From assembly GCA_036867785.1 (NCBI GenBank), contig CP145410.1, positions 1,736,001 to 1,800,000 on the forward strand: a stretch of 64,000 bases of DNA. Reading direction: 5' to 3'. Source of the DNA: Plasmodiophora brassicae (lineage: Eukaryota). Below, piece by piece: positions 22,944 through 35,221 of the stretch (the stretch's first letter is position 1; each line of letters starts with the position of its first letter). A model generated the notes under the pieces. That model had not been told where the DNA came from. It made no database searches and saw only the letters and a program-made list of their open reading frames with translations. The position numbers were made by a program, and so were the translations under genes.

Positions 22944-25925
22944 ATGGCGATGTGGTGGATCCTTCTCGCCATTGGCGGGGCAGCCGGGTGCCCCCTGAGT
23001 AACTACGCGTGCTTGCGCACGGTCGCATACCTTCAATCGCCATCGGCGACCTGGCCGGTGCCGTCGAGCGCGACGTTCTACCTCGGGTCCAGGAAGTACA
23101 ATGTATCGCAGATGCAGACGATCATGCGATCGTCGGCTATAGGCGGCGACGAGTTGCAGGCGATGGCGCAGCAGGAGATTGCCGCGTTGATCAACGTGTA
23201 CAACGGGGCGCCCGCTACATCCGTCGGATCAACGGTCGCCAGTGCGGACTCGCTGATCGGGTCGCTCATCGTGCCACCACTTCCTGGATACAGTACGCTG
23301 TCTGGCGTCGCTGTTGAAAACGTCACTACCAGCCTGAACGCGTTCAACACCATGTCTTCCGCATGTACATTACCACCTACGCCGGCCCCTACTCCAGCAC
23401 CAACGCCCGCACCTACGCCGGCGCCTACACCAGCACCAACCCCAGCACCAACACCGGCGCCCACACCCGCACCAACTCCCGCCCCTACGCCACAGCCTAC
23501 TCCAGCCCCTACTCCGGCACCGACACCGGCGCCAACTCCAGCACCCACACCAGCACCAACTCCAGCACCGACACCAGCACCAACCCCAGCACCAACACCG
23601 GCGCCCACACCCGCACCAACTCCCGCCCCTACGCCAGCACCCACACCGGCACCAACTCCAGCACCCACTCCAGCACCGACACCGGCACCCACACCAGCAC
23701 CCACTCCAGCACCCACACCGGCACCAACACCAGCACCGACACCGGCACCCACACCGGAACCAACGCCAGCACCAACTCCAGCACCGACACCAGCACCTAC
23801 TCCAGCACCGACACCGGAACCCACGCCAGCACCGACACCAGCACCTACTCCAGCACCAACACCGGAACCCACACCAGCGCCGACTCCAGCACCAACTCCA
23901 GCACCGACACCGGCACCAACACCAGCACCGACACCGGCACCCACACCGGAACCAACGCCAGCACCAACTCCATCACCGACACCAGCACCTACTCCAGCAC
24001 CGACACCGGAACCCACGCCAGCGCCGACACCGGAACCCACACCAGCACCGACACCAGCACCCACACCAGCACCGACACCGGCACCAACGCCATCACCAAC
24101 TCCAGCACCGACACCGGCACCGACACCGGCGCCAACTCCAGCACCCACACCAGCACCAACTCCAGCACCGACACCAGCTCCAACCCCAGCACCAACACCG
24201 GCGCCCACACCCGCACCAACTCCCGCCCCTACGCCAGCACCCACACCAGCACCAACTCCAGCACCCACTCCAGCACCGACACCGGCACCCACACCAGCAC
24301 CCACTCCAGAACCAACTCCAGCACCCACACCGGTACCTACACCGGCACCCACACCAGAACCAACGCCGGCACCCACACCGGCACCCACACCAGCACCAAC
24401 GCCGGCACCCACACCGGAACCAACGCCAGCACCGACACCAGCACCTACTCCAGCACCGACACCGGAACCCACACCAGCACCGACACCAGCACCAACTCCG
24501 GCACCGACACCGGCACCAACGCCAGCACCAACTCCAGCACCGACACCGGCACCGACACCAGCACCAACCCCAGCACCAACTCCAGCACCGACACCGGCGC
24601 CAACTCCAGCGCCGACACCAGCACCAACCCCAGCACCGACGCCGGCACCAACTCCAGCACCGACACCGGCACCAACTCCAGCACCGACACCGGCACCAAC
24701 CCCAGCACCGACTCCAGCACCAACTCCAGCGCCGACACCGGAACCCACACCAGCACCGACACCAGCACCAACTCCGGCACCGACACCGGCACCAACGCCA
24801 GCACCAACCCCAGCACCGACACCGGCACCGACACCAGCACCGACCCCAGCACCAACACCAGCGCCAACTCCAGCACCCACACCGGCACCAACCCCAGCAC
24901 CGACACCGGCACCAACTCCAGCGCCGACACCGGAACTCACACCAGCACCGACTCCAGCACCGACACCGGCACCAACGCCAGCACCAACTCAAGCACCGAC
25001 ACCGGCACCGACACCAGCACCGACCCCAGCACCAACACCAGCGCCAACTCCAGCACCCACACCGGCACCAACCCCAGCACCGACACCGGCACCAACTCCA
25101 GCGCCGACACCGGAACTCACACCAGCACCGACTCCAGCACCGACACCGGCACCAACGCCAGCACCAACTCAAGCACCAACTCCAGCGCCAACACCGGAAC
25201 CCACACCAGCACCGACTCCAGCACCAGCACCGACACCAGAACCGACGCCTCCTCTGACCTCAACGGTAACGTCAACCGCACGAGCACCAACGTCGACGAC
25301 AATAACCCCGACACCAACGCCATCACCAACGCCTGCATCAACTCCCTCAACCGCTCCTGCTTCGACGATTGCATCTCCGTCCCCATTCACAGCGTCCACG
25401 TCGCCGAGGTCAACTTCACATCGAACGCCGACGACGACAAACAGGGTCGGATTCCTAACCGACCCCAACGGTAGCCGAACCACAGCCAGAGTGCACACTC
25501 TGCGACGAACGACGTCACGCTGGCTGCCGCCCACGCCAGCGGCAGCGCCTGTCCAGGCACCCACGCCCGTGTATGCACCGACACCCGCTCGCGCGCCAAC
25601 ACCAGCGCAGGCACCCACGCCCGCGCATGCACCGACACCCCCTCCAGCGCCAACACCAGCGCAGGCACCCACGCCCGCGCAAGCACCGACACCCGCTCCA
25701 GCGCCAACACCAGCGCAGGCACCCACGCCCGCGCAAGCACCGACACCTGCTCGAGCGCCAACACCAGCGCAGGCACCCACGCCCGTGCAGGCTCCCACGC
25801 CGCAGCGGGCACCTACACCCGCACCGACCGCCTCGGCACCAACGCCAACGTCGAGCTCCACGCCGCCATCGGCCTGGACAGCGATCCTGCTCGGCACCGC
25901 CGTTCCCATCATGTTCTTCCTATAA
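22944..25925 (+). CDS. Mucin-like surface protein: signal peptide + same head domain + long (PTPA)n stalk + hydrophobic C-terminus (putative GPI signal)
   Basis: Signal [15 protein letters not shown]; paralogous head; ends [18 protein letters not shown]. Confidence 0.85.
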   Translation: MAMWWILLAIGGAAGCPLSNYACLRTVAYLQSPSATWPVPSSATFYLGSRKYNVSQMQTIMRSSAIGGDELQAMAQQEIAALINVYNGAPATSVGSTVASADSLIGSLIVPPLPGYSTLSGVAVENVTTSLNAFNTMSSACTLPPTPAPTPAPTPAPTPAPTPAPTPAPTPAPTPAPTPAPTPQPTPAPTPAPTPAPTPAPTPAPTPAPTPAPTPAPTPAPTPAPTPAPTPAPTPAPTPAPTPAPTPAPTPAPTPAPTPAPTPAPTPAPTPEPTPAPTPAPTPAPTPAPTPEPTPAPTPAPTPAPTPEPTPAPTPAPTPAPTPAPTPAPTPAPTPEPTPAPTPSPTPAPTPAPTPEPTPAPTPEPTPAPTPAPTPAPTPAPTPSPTPAPTPAPTPAPTPAPTPAPTPAPTPAPTPAPTPAPTPAPTPAPTPAPTPAPTPAPTPAPTPAPTPAPTPEPTPAPTPVPTPAPTPEPTPAPTPAPTPAPTPAPTPEPTPAPTPAPTPAPTPEPTPAPTPAPTPAPTPAPTPAPTPAPTPAPTPAPTPAPTPAPTPAPTPAPTPAPTPAPTPAPTPAPTPAPTPAPTPAPTPAPTPAPTPAPTPEPTPAPTPAPTPAPTPAPTPAPTPAPTPAPTPAPTPAPTPAPTPAPTPAPTPAPTPAPTPAPTPELTPAPTPAPTPAPTPAPTQAPTPAPTPAPTPAPTPAPTPAPTPAPTPAPTPAPTPAPTPELTPAPTPAPTPAPTPAPTQAPTPAPTPEPTPAPTPAPAPTPEPTPPLTSTVTSTARAPTSTTITPTPTPSPTPASTPSTAPASTIASPSPFTASTSPRSTSHRTPTTTNRVGFLTDPNGSRTTARVHTLRRTTSRWLPPTPAAAPVQAPTPVYAPTPARAPTPAQAPTPAHAPTPPPAPTPAQAPTPAQAPTPAPAPTPAQAPTPAQAPTPARAPTPAQAPTPVQAPTPQRAPTPAPTASAPTPTSSSTPPSAWTAILLGTAVPIMFFL
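23374..25250 (+). repeat. 12-bp coding minisatellite (about 155 units, PTPA/PTPE) with higher-order 180-bp duplications; a second 18-bp array (APTPAQ) lies at about 25545-25830
   Basis: Period visible directly; rare ELT and TQA variants recur 180 bp apart. Confidence 0.95.
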
Positions 25926-25993
25926 AGACAACGTTACGGGGTGGTCCACACAGCGGGTTGCACCGGGTGCCGGCGGGGGGCGCGTTGCGATCG

Positions 25994-28900
25994 ATGACGA
26001 CGGACGCGGGTCTGTCCGTTCGGGACCTTCGCGACGGCCTGCAGCGGCGCCTGGAGCGATCCGGCCTGCTGGACCGATTACGGGCACAGCTGCGGGCGCA
26101 CCTGGTCGCCGAGATCCGCACCGCGTGTGCCGGCGCGGCGCCACGCACCTGCGCCGCACCGTCCGGAACGGCGCGCGCCCTGAACGTCGTCGTCGCCGAG
26201 TTCCTGGCCCGCCACGAACACGACTACGCCCGGTCCGTCTTCCTGTCGGAATCCGGCACCGACCCGGACGCGTTCGCCGCCGACGAGCTCGAGCGCCTGC
26301 TGTCGCTGCCGCCGAAGACGATCGTCGACACCGACGACCACTCCATCCTGGAGCACATCGTCCAGCGTATCGTCCTGTACGACGATGCCAATCAGCGATG
26401 CTCTGCGATCCGCGCGCGTAACAATGACGAACAGGAAATCCGACCTGAGGACGTGCTCGGTGCAGACGGAAGGGCGCGGCGACGACACGATCGAGCAGCG
26501 CCTGCGCGAGCTGAACGACAAGTCAGCGATCGGAACGCGTCCAGACGAGCGTCGCGCTAACGGGACGGTATCGGGATAGGTTCGCACAGGCGCGGGACGG
26601 CCACGACGACAGGACGTTCGACGAGCGGCTGTGGGCCCGCATCCGCGAGGTCGAATCAGCCGCCGACCAACGCATCAAACAGGTCGACAACGGGCCGGGA
26701 CACCGGCGACACCACCCGGCCTGACCTGTTCGACAGGAGGTGGAGCGGATTCGTGCCACAGAACTAGCGGCGGTGCGCCTGGCGGAAAGCGAGCGGTACC
26801 GCGATGAGCTGAACAGCGCCCGCGATGGGTTCGAACGCAGGTACCAAGGTGGGGCAGGGTCCGACGTGAGGGAAGGTGTGTGCGCTGACCGCGGGCAGAA
26901 CGCCTGGCGAGTCTGCGCGCCCGGGAGCAGGAGCAGGAGCAGAAACTCAGGGAGCGACAGCAGATCATGGAGGCGCAGGAGTACCAGCGACGACAGCAGC
27001 TCCTCGCCGAGATCGAGGCCGTCCGCCTACGGTTAACGGCGTATCATCCGTCGGACGACGACAACAGCAACTCACCGACGATGACAGGGAAGTGGATCTG
27101 CAGCGGTCGATCGAACTGGATCGTCGCGCGTTGCAGATCGAGCGGGAGCGTCTGACGGATCAGCTGAAGGACGCCGAGCGGCGCGCCGACCTGATGGAGC
27201 GCGAGTTCAAGCAGCGCGACCACCAGCTGGAGACACGTGCCGCTGAGGTCCGGGGGCGTTCTGGTCCGTTTCGGGGGGCAGTGACGATGACAGAAGCGCG
27301 CCTAGTACGGGAGAAGTTTCGAAGCGATGCACGCGGATGATCGGACGCGCCTCGAAACGGCTCTGATGCAATGCGCTGAACAGAGGCGCATTGCTGATGC
27401 ACAGGTCGACGCGTTCCAGGAATGCCGAGAGAAACTCGCCCAAGCAGAGGCGGCCCTTCGGCAAGTCGACGCCGACCGTGTCGCGTTTGCCGACACGAAG
27501 GGTAGTACCGCTGACAGCCCAGAGTCGCTCCTGTGTCGATCTAACGGCCACGTCAGAGAACATGTCGCAGTTGAAGGACAGGATTGGTCACCTCGAGGGA
27601 GAAGTCAGGACACGCGATGAGCAGATCCTGGTAAAGGGGCCCATGCAACAGGTTAACTTGGCGTTCTGACCGGTCGGATTAGGCGTTGAAACGGGAGATC
27701 GGGGAGCGCGACGGGAGGATTACAGCGCTAGACGAAGAGCGGCGCACGTTGGCGTCGAAAGTGGCGTTGGCTGGGAAGGAGCGCGCTGCAATCGAGGCGC
27801 GTTCTGCGTCAGTTGAGACGGGCTGGAGACATCGTTACGAGGAATTGCAGGCGCAAGTGAGGAGCCTGGCGGAAGAGCTGGAATGGAGGATCGAGGACGG
27901 GGAGCAGGCGCGGCGTGACCTGGAGGAGGAACAGCTGCGTTGCAAGGCGCTGGAACGGGACGTTGATGAGCTGACGGCCGACCTGCAACGTACTCGGGTA
28001 CAAACGGTGCGCCAGGTGCCAGTCCCGAAGATTACGCCGCTTAGTTGTTCAACGCGCCTGGAATTGGCACGTGAACGCCTGGAACACACTCTGTTCGAAG
28101 GCCGGCAGTATCGACCGGCACCCGTCGAATTGGGATCAGGCGGTGAGGAGTCACACCCGGAACTAATGCACACGCGCGCACCGGTACCGACTACCCCAGC
28201 TATTGATTCGGTCGTCAATCGCCTTCCCAGCGCAGCAACGCCAAGGCGTGACAACAAGGCGGAGACTCAGGCGACGACGCCGACGGTGATACCGGCTGCC
28301 GCATCCCCAGCGATTGTCGCACAAGCACGAGAAACAGTACCTGAAGAATCCCGTCAGACAACCACGACGCGAAACGAGCCTGCAATGGCGTCTTCATCGA
28401 TGCCAGAGGAGACACAGCCCGCAGAACGTGTCGACGACAAGGCTGTTGACGATGTGGAGAAAGTGCCTGTCAAACCGGAGCTCAAATCGGCAGCGAACGA
28501 TGCAGATGACGAACCCGTCACAAAGGAAGGCACAACAGACCTAGAAGTGCTAGCTGCGATGACGGGTGTCGTCGAACAGGCGTCGGCACCTGCACGTTGG
28601 CCGGACATGACTAACGACGTCGATATCGCGATCCAGCAACAGCAGGAAGAGGTCGTTGACGAGCAGAAGCGGGAAGCGGAACGGCGTCGACAGGAGATGA
28701 TCGAGAAGCAACGGGAGGAGAGGGTGCTTCGAGCGGCACAGCAGCGGCGCGAGCGCGACGAACGCGATCGTCAGATGCGGGCGGCGTCGGCGCCGGCTCG
28801 ACGACAGCAACCACAACGACAGCAACCACAACGACCGTCAGCGTCAGCATCTGTAAACCTGGCGCCGCCAGAGAGACGGAAGCTGGCGGTTGCAGAGCAG

Positions 28901-29092
28901 GATGCCGCTGGCACTGAGCAGAAGATCGACACGGAACCGGACGACCCACTCGAAGAGTACAAGAGGCGCGTCATGGAACGGATGCGACAGCAGCAGGGTG
29001 CCGATCAGCACCAATCGCAGACGCTTCCACTGCCGCCTGAATCTGACGATGAGCTCGCCTTCTCCGGTCCAGACGAACACGACGAACCTTAG
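25994..29092 (+). CDS. OFD1: OFD1-like centriolar LisH/coiled-coil protein, multi-exon
   Basis: LERSGLLDRLRAQLRAHLVAEI followed by LisH ALNVVVAEFLARHEHDYARSVFLSE, then long coiled coil; ends in DPLEEYKRRVM. Confidence 0.7.
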
Positions 29093-29236
29093 CGTACGCG
29101 ATACGTCCAGCACGACGTCGTTGGCTTCGTCTAAAACGTCGAACCGACAGTGGAGCTTGTTCGGTATATTGAATAGGGTCGTAACAAAGGATGCAATTAT
29201 TATGTATCGACGGAGCTGTCAGCGAACGACTGCTTA

Positions 29237-30048
29237 TCATCTGTCAACCGGGACGTCAGTACCACACAACGAAAATGTCGATAAGGTGGCAGCGGGCGTA
29301 CCCTTCTTTTGTATGGAGCGGTTCAGTCTGACGAGTGCGCTCTCAACTTGGCGTTTCTGCTTGATAATCAATTTTCTCTGCGGCGACGTCAGGGGCGCAG
29401 ATTTGACAATCAATCCCTCTCATGCGAAACCCAGACCCTGGTTTTCGAGTCGACAGACATGTTCGGATAGACAGGCGTGTACGCGAACGTGTGCACAGGC
29501 GGAAGATCAGGCAGGCAGGGCGGTATATTCGGCAATGCAATATCATGAGGCAATTCCTCACGTTCCTCGATGCCGACCCGGTTGCACAGGATAACATCTC
29601 GGGGCTGGGGCGTCGGCAACATATCTAATCGGGCGATGAGACACGATGGCGCACAAGAAGCGGTGAAACGCGATACCGTAAACAAACGGGACATCGTGCG
29701 ACGACTTCTTGTACTCCAGCAGTCGCTCGGGCGGCATGCCAAGATCGCTGACCGCGTTCACGATATCCCAGGCATTCGTGTGCGTTCTCCTCGCCAGACT
29801 GGACAAATGGGCGGCGTCATGCGAACGAGACACAACGGGGAGGTGGCTCCGGGCCGGTCGGCCTACTGTGCATTGGATCGGGCGTTGACCGCGATCTCGG
29901 CGATGTACCGGGCGGCGATCTCGCTCAGCGTGTCCAGCGACGACTGGTGCGTCCGCATGTACCCGACGTCGATGGCCAGCTCGGCGCACGCCACGCGCAG
30001 CGCCGCCAGCATCACCTGCGACACCGACGCCGCCGACTCCGACGGCAT
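29237..30048 (-). CDS. TAF8: TFIID subunit TAF8-like (bromodomain-associated histone fold + C-terminal domain)
   Basis: SSLDTLSEIAARYIAEIA..LARRTHTNAWDI; IPPCLPDLPPVHTFAYTPVY; KQKRQVESALVRL. Confidence 0.8.
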
Positions 30049-30157
30049 TGCGCCCGGCTGCCCCAATTGCCCAAATGGGGCGCAGTGGACAGCTGCGCCG
30101 GCAGTCCCCACAGGCCACACTAGCCTCATCGTAATTGCCAGACATGGTGGTTCATTG

Positions 30158-30791
30158 CTACAGGTGCAACGTCGAGCGTCGCGGTCTGACGATAGGGATC
30201 GCGGGCTGATAGTCGAGGCGGAACCTGGTGGTTTGGATGCCGATGACGCGCCGGACGGTGAAGTACCCGACGACGAGCTCGAAGAGGAGGAACGCGAGCT
30301 GGATCCCGCCTGCGATCGAGTCGAGTGGCCAGCGCGGCGTCTGGAGGACGCAGGATGCGGCGACCAGGAACAGTTGCGGGAATATGGTCAGGAAGAAGAA
30401 CGCGGCAAGGTGCTGGACGCGTTCCCTGAGGTTCCCGGCGTAACCTAGAAGCAGGCGGCCGATCTCGACTACCGCCCAGACGGAGAACAGAAGCGGCATC
30501 AAGTAATACCCGAGGGCACCAGGCCCGATCGCCATCATCTGAAATGGTCAGTCACCTGCGGGACGCGACACGTCTACCAGCAGGACCCACCTTATACCGA
30601 ATGCCCAAGATGGCGATGAAGGCGTGTAACGCCGAGTAGAAGGCGTTGTAGTACAGAGCCATTTGCAAGGCCAGAGACGACGCCACCTGTCGCTCCCGGA
30701 CGAGCTGTTTCGGGACATGACGGGACGGGACCGCATACCCTGGGAACGCACCGCCAGGTGACACGAGCTCTTCAGGTCTGGTTATCGCCAT
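30158..30791 (-). CDS. TMEM17: Ciliary transition-zone membrane protein, TMEM17/TMEM216 family
   Basis: SSLALQMALYYNAFY; VEIGRLLLGYAGNLRERV..FLTIFPQ. Confidence 0.85.
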
Positions 30792-30935
30792 CTCCAACAC
30801 GTACTGACAACCGGTCACTGCTCCGGGGGTCGCGCGTTCCAATCGGGGCCTGGACATGTTTCATACCTGGCATGGGGTTCCGATGGCTTCGCTCTGGCAA
30901 CCAGAAGCGCGTGAATCGGCCGAGGACTGGAACGT

Positions 30936-31337
30936 ATGCCGCTGAACGAGACGCGAACGTCGCCGGCTTCATCAGCGGCGCTATTCGCCACTGTATGGAA
31001 GCGCCCTAAACATGTGCGGGCACCAGCTGCTGGTGTTTCTACCTCGACACGGCCATCAAAGACGCAGAACAGGAAACGTGTCACCGTGGGTATCAGTGGC
31101 CCCATCTTGCCCAATAACATCAGGCGTATCGTCGGGGAGCTCCTGTCTGCCCACAGTATCGGCCTTCATTGCACCAAGGTGGTAAGCACGACCGTCGGAC
31201 GCGAGTACTTCGTGGCCCAGGTGGAGCTCTCCGTCCCGCCATCGATTTCCAGCGCCGATCTGGCAAAGATCATGACCGCGGTCCAGGACAAGTTTGGCTT
31301 CTGTGCCGGCAACATCTGCTCAGCCAATGGGCAATAA
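30936..31337 (+). CDS. Small protein with a C-terminal ACT-like domain
   Basis: VTVGISGP..IRRIVGELLSAHSIGL..FVAQVELSVP..DLAKIMTAVQDKFG fits the beta-alpha-beta-beta-alpha-beta ACT pattern. Confidence 0.4.
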   Translation: MPLNETRTSPASSAALFATVWKRPKHVRAPAAGVSTSTRPSKTQNRKRVTVGISGPILPNNIRRIVGELLSAHSIGLHCTKVVSTTVGREYFVAQVELSVPPSISSADLAKIMTAVQDKFGFCAGNICSANGQ

Positions 31338-31651
31338 ACCGGCCGCAATTGATAGTGCCAATATCGTTGTTGTCTGAAAGAGGAAACGGTCGCGTATCTA
31401 AGACTAGCGGATCGATGGCCTATTTCATAGAGGACGATACTCGGATTGCCCTTAATGCTTCTTGATCTATGGATCAGCGCTGATCTAGGTGTTAGTGCCG
31501 GTTTTAAACCTGCCATCAGGGGAGGTGCTGACTGCGACAGCTGCGCTGCAGAGCAGCAGGTGGTACAGTGCAGACAGAAGACCAGTGGAGCGCGATGGAA
31601 ACTTCCGCGCGTTCGCCATTCCACGGAGTTGCAGCTGGCTGGCTGCTGCCG

Positions 31652-32941
31652 ATGGGATCCCGGGCGCTCGCCGAACGCATCGCCCGCACCGTCGTCCGCG
31701 CCTTCTACGACGATGTAGGGCGCGCACGCGCTAAAGCGTCGACCTTTATCACGTGCTGACTCCGGTTGACTTCCAGGTCCACGTCGTTGTTTTCGATGCG
31801 TTACTCGTCGAGAAAGAGCAGCCGTGCGTACGCCCGCCTCGGCGCATCAGCGTCTTCGTGTATCCTTATTCTGTACTGCAGCGCGAAGGACACTGACATT
31901 GCCGAGCATATCCGTTTACCGCCGAAACTGGTGCGTACGACTTTGCAGAAGCTGAAACGGGACGGGCTCGTGTTCGAGCGATCGCAGAAGCAGGCGGCCG
32001 GCGCCAAGAAATCGTCCGTATTCCTATGGGGGTTCGATCACGACAAGTTCCCTCGCGTGTTTCGGTATCGAATGTGTACGAATTCCCGTACTTGACATTC
32101 TGGGTCGATATGCTCATACCAAGCCTCAGTGATGATGCGACGAGCAGCGACTGAGAAGTTGCGATCGGCGATCGAGGAAGAGCGTTTCACGTGCCCAAAC
32201 GAATCGTGTTACATGCATGAGCGTGGGCTGACGACGATGGAGGCCATGCAGGTGCGAAAGCAGATCGGAGCGACCGAGTTCGCCTGCGAGATCTGCTCGG
32301 CGCCGTTGGTGAAGATGCGGTCCCCGGCGGCGTCGTCTGATATCGGCACCACCGCCGAGGATATCAAGGCGCGCCTGAATCGGCAGATGATGCAGCTGGA
32401 GGCGATGGTCACGAACCTTCTGCAGGTCATGTATCAGGAGAAGCAGGATGCGGCGGCCGCCAGGCCTGATGCGAAGGAACCTGTGCGCCCTGGGACATCT
32501 GCGCTGGCCGGAACCGAGACGATCAGCGTCAAGCTGGAGGAGTCGGGCGCACCCGGTTTACTACCGACTCCAGTGGCGTCACGAGCGGCAAGCGTGGCCC
32601 TACCTTGGGAGGCCTCAGCGTCGTCAGCCGTTGCGGACGGAGACGATGCTGTTGAACCGCCAACGTCAGGGCTGGCGCCTGCTCGGTACGAAGAAATCCT
32701 GCGTCAGCAGGAAGCGGATCTGGAGGAGGAGAAGAGGCAGCTGCAGCAGCAACAGGCGAGTGTGCCACCCGAGGAGCGTGATGAAGCGTTGTCATCGGTG
32801 GTCACAGTCACTGTCCAAGGCGTCGTCATGCCGCTGGACACGATCACGGAAGAGCATTTCGCGGCGATGACCGATGACGAGTACAGGCGGTACGAGGAGA
32901 TCGTCCAGAAGGAGGGCGACTACCACGACGAGTTCGGCTGA
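31652..32941 (+). CDS. GTF2E1: Transcription initiation factor IIE alpha subunit
   Basis: RTVVRAFYDD; DIAEHIRLPPKLVRTTLQKLKRDGL; zinc ribbon FTCPNESC..FACEICSAPL; C-terminal VTVQGV..MTDDEY. Confidence 0.9.
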
Positions 32942-32965
32942 CTACACTGTATGTTGCTGCAGATC

Positions 32966-34054
32966 TTAGGCTGTAATCTCAATGTCGTCGTCGTTGTCTT
33001 CGCCTTTGCCGGAGGCGGACGCCGCGTGGCGACCTTTGCTCTTGGCGTCGAAGTACGCCACCGTCTCCAGGACGTCGTCCATGAAATCGCCCGACGGTAG
33101 CGACTTGAACTCCATCGCCGCTTTGATCGCCTCCTTGAACACCTGGGCACGTGGTTCAACTGCTGGCGGTGCGTCTGTTACAGAACTGGGCTTACGGTGA
33201 CCACGTTCGTGCCATCGGACGCTGAACAGAAGAAGAACGGCAACTGCAGTGCTACGTGAGCCAGACGAGTGTGAACGCGCTGACGTGGACGAACCTTTCG
33301 TTTCGTTGCGAACGCGAACGTTTTCTCTGTCACCTTGTAGTCCGCTGGTGAAGAACGGTTCATAATCTGGAGTCCATGCGTCCTGTTGACATGGTCCTAC
33401 AGTCTATCTTGTTGGCGACGACGATGACAGGGATCTTCGGACGGTACTGCCGCAGCTCCTTGTACCAGGCGTTCATGTTCTGGTACGTTACCTTACGCGT
33501 GACGTCGAACGCCTGAAACGCATATCGGTAAGGCCAGGCCAAGGTAATGACGGTGATGACGTACAAGAATGCAGGCATGCGCTCGATAATAATACGACGG
33601 GTGCATCGAGGTGAACCTCTCCTGTCCGGCAGTGTCCCAGAAATCTGAGGGGCATAGTCAGATATTGGATTAAGGCGCAACCGACGGCTGTCTACCTATA
33701 GAGACGGGTTTGCCATCGATCTCTGTGTTGTGCCGGAACACTGTCAGCGCATACGTTGACAGCTGTTGAGGTTCGCTGTACCGTCATCGAGGTCAGTGTT
33801 AAGTGGTAAACCCGGGCAACAGGCCTTACTAGTTATCCATCAGGTAACGCTCTACAAGTCTGCCGACGGGAGTCAGTGCGACGATGACGATGGGACGGAA
33901 CTGCCCTACTTTGTCTTGCCAACAGCCGAGTCGCCCAGGAGGATGATCTTCAGTTCTGCGACGAACCGTCAGCATCTGGGTAACCGGATAAAGGCCCTGT
34001 CTGGGTCGAACCAGCTTCCATCGTCGTGTCTGCCGTCGCCTTCTCGGCCGACAT
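32966..34054 (-). CDS. RABL2: Rab-like 2 GTPase (ciliary), many short exons
   Basis: KIILLGDSAVGKTK, QLSTYALT, FWDTAGQERFTSMHPSYYYRAHAC, FDVTRKVTYQN, VANKID, SASDGTNVV. Confidence 0.92.
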
Positions 34055-34139
34055 CGTCACCGGCGTTCACCTCTGCTGTCGACTATGCAAGCAGTCAGTC
34101 AGTCAGCCAGCCATAGCACAGAGGTCGACAAACGACAGT

Positions 34140-35060
34140 TTAGAAGATGAACGGAATGATGCACCACCATTTCTTTGGGGTCTCCTTCGGGAAATGCTGT
34201 TCGTACCAGCGTTTGTTGTCTTGAGCGACGACGCCGAGTTCGATGAGGACAAAGGCAGCGATGCAGGCGGCGTTCACCATGCCCTCGAGGCAACCCAGAT
34301 GGATGACCGTCATGGCGAGGTATATTTCCACTTCGAAGAAGTAGTGCGGGCAGGCTAGGACACGAAACCATGGCGCCCTGGGCAGCTTGTAGGACGCAGA
34401 TTGGCCGGCGCCGCGTAACGATGCCAGCACCGCATGGCACCGATTCTGGTTGTACGACGCGTGCAGGAAAATGACGATGGCGGCAAGATGCCGAGGCTGA
34501 ACCTGGTCTAGCAAACCCGGTACCCAATGCGCTTGACGCTGCGATTGCCCTGCGAGGGAATGGAGATTCGATGCAATAAGCGTCAGGGGCGCAAACGCAT
34601 AGAACAGGAACCCGAGCAGATAGTGTGCCACATGCATACGAGCGGCAGACCGAGAAGCGGATACCCAGGACAGGCATTCGATGAGTCGACGAGCGGCCTG
34701 AATCTGCATTAGAACCAGACACAGAATTGCATCTAAGGGGGCACCGCATTCCGATGCACGTCGCTGGGTTTGCAAAATGAGGGGCCAGGAATTCGGACGA
34801 GCGCTCGTGACTAGAACAATCAGGGAGGCAACCCAGACCGTCGCGAACACGTAGAAGTGTGTGAAGTACCGCTTCGGAACGGTGGCCTTGCGGACTAGAA
34901 CGTCAACGGACCATGACGAAAACGTGTCCTCGTTCGCGCCGAGCGTCTTCCCGTATCGGTACGCTGCCTCGGCGATTCTCGACGGGATGGCGCGCGCCAG
35001 CAGCACGACGGCGGCGGAACCGAGGAAGAACGCTCGTCCGGCGAGGCTGAGGAAGTGCAT
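34140..35060 (-). CDS. SRD5A3: Polyprenol reductase (SRD5A3/DFG10 family)
   Basis: YGKT, VPKRYFTHFY, RRLIEC, MHVAHYLLG, QNRCHAVLASLR, ACPHYFFE, IIPFIF. Confidence 0.9.
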   Translation of the reverse strand: MHFLSLAGRAFFLGSAAVVLLARAIPSRIAEAAYRYGKTLGANEDTFSSWSVDVLVRKATVPKRYFTHFYVFATVWVASLIVLVTSARPNSWPLILQTQRRASECGAPLDAILCLVLMQIQAARRLIECLSWVSASRSAARMHVAHYLLGFLFYAFAPLTLIASNLHSLAGQSQRQAHWVPGLLDQVQPRHLAAIVIFLHASYNQNRCHAVLASLRGAGQSASYKLPRAPWFRVLACPHYFFEVEIYLAMTVIHLGCLEGMVNAACIAAFVLIELGVVAQDNKRWYEQHFPKETPKKWWCIIPFIF

Positions 35061-35221
35061 GGCGCCGCGCACGGGGAAATGGTTAATGCGCGACTTGCGT
35101 CGACAGTAACTCCGCAACTGTAGACAACGACTGTTGAGGACCCGCGTTGGCCGAGTGGACACGGGAAGGACGGGAACCGCTGTCAAGCGCCATTTGAATT
35201 TTGGGGGTGTTGTCGTTGGGG

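Noticed and set aside
23078-25474. Long alternative-frame ORFs (GVGA, WCRC, STNT repeats)
   Set aside because: Shadow frames of the 12-bp PTPA minisatellite
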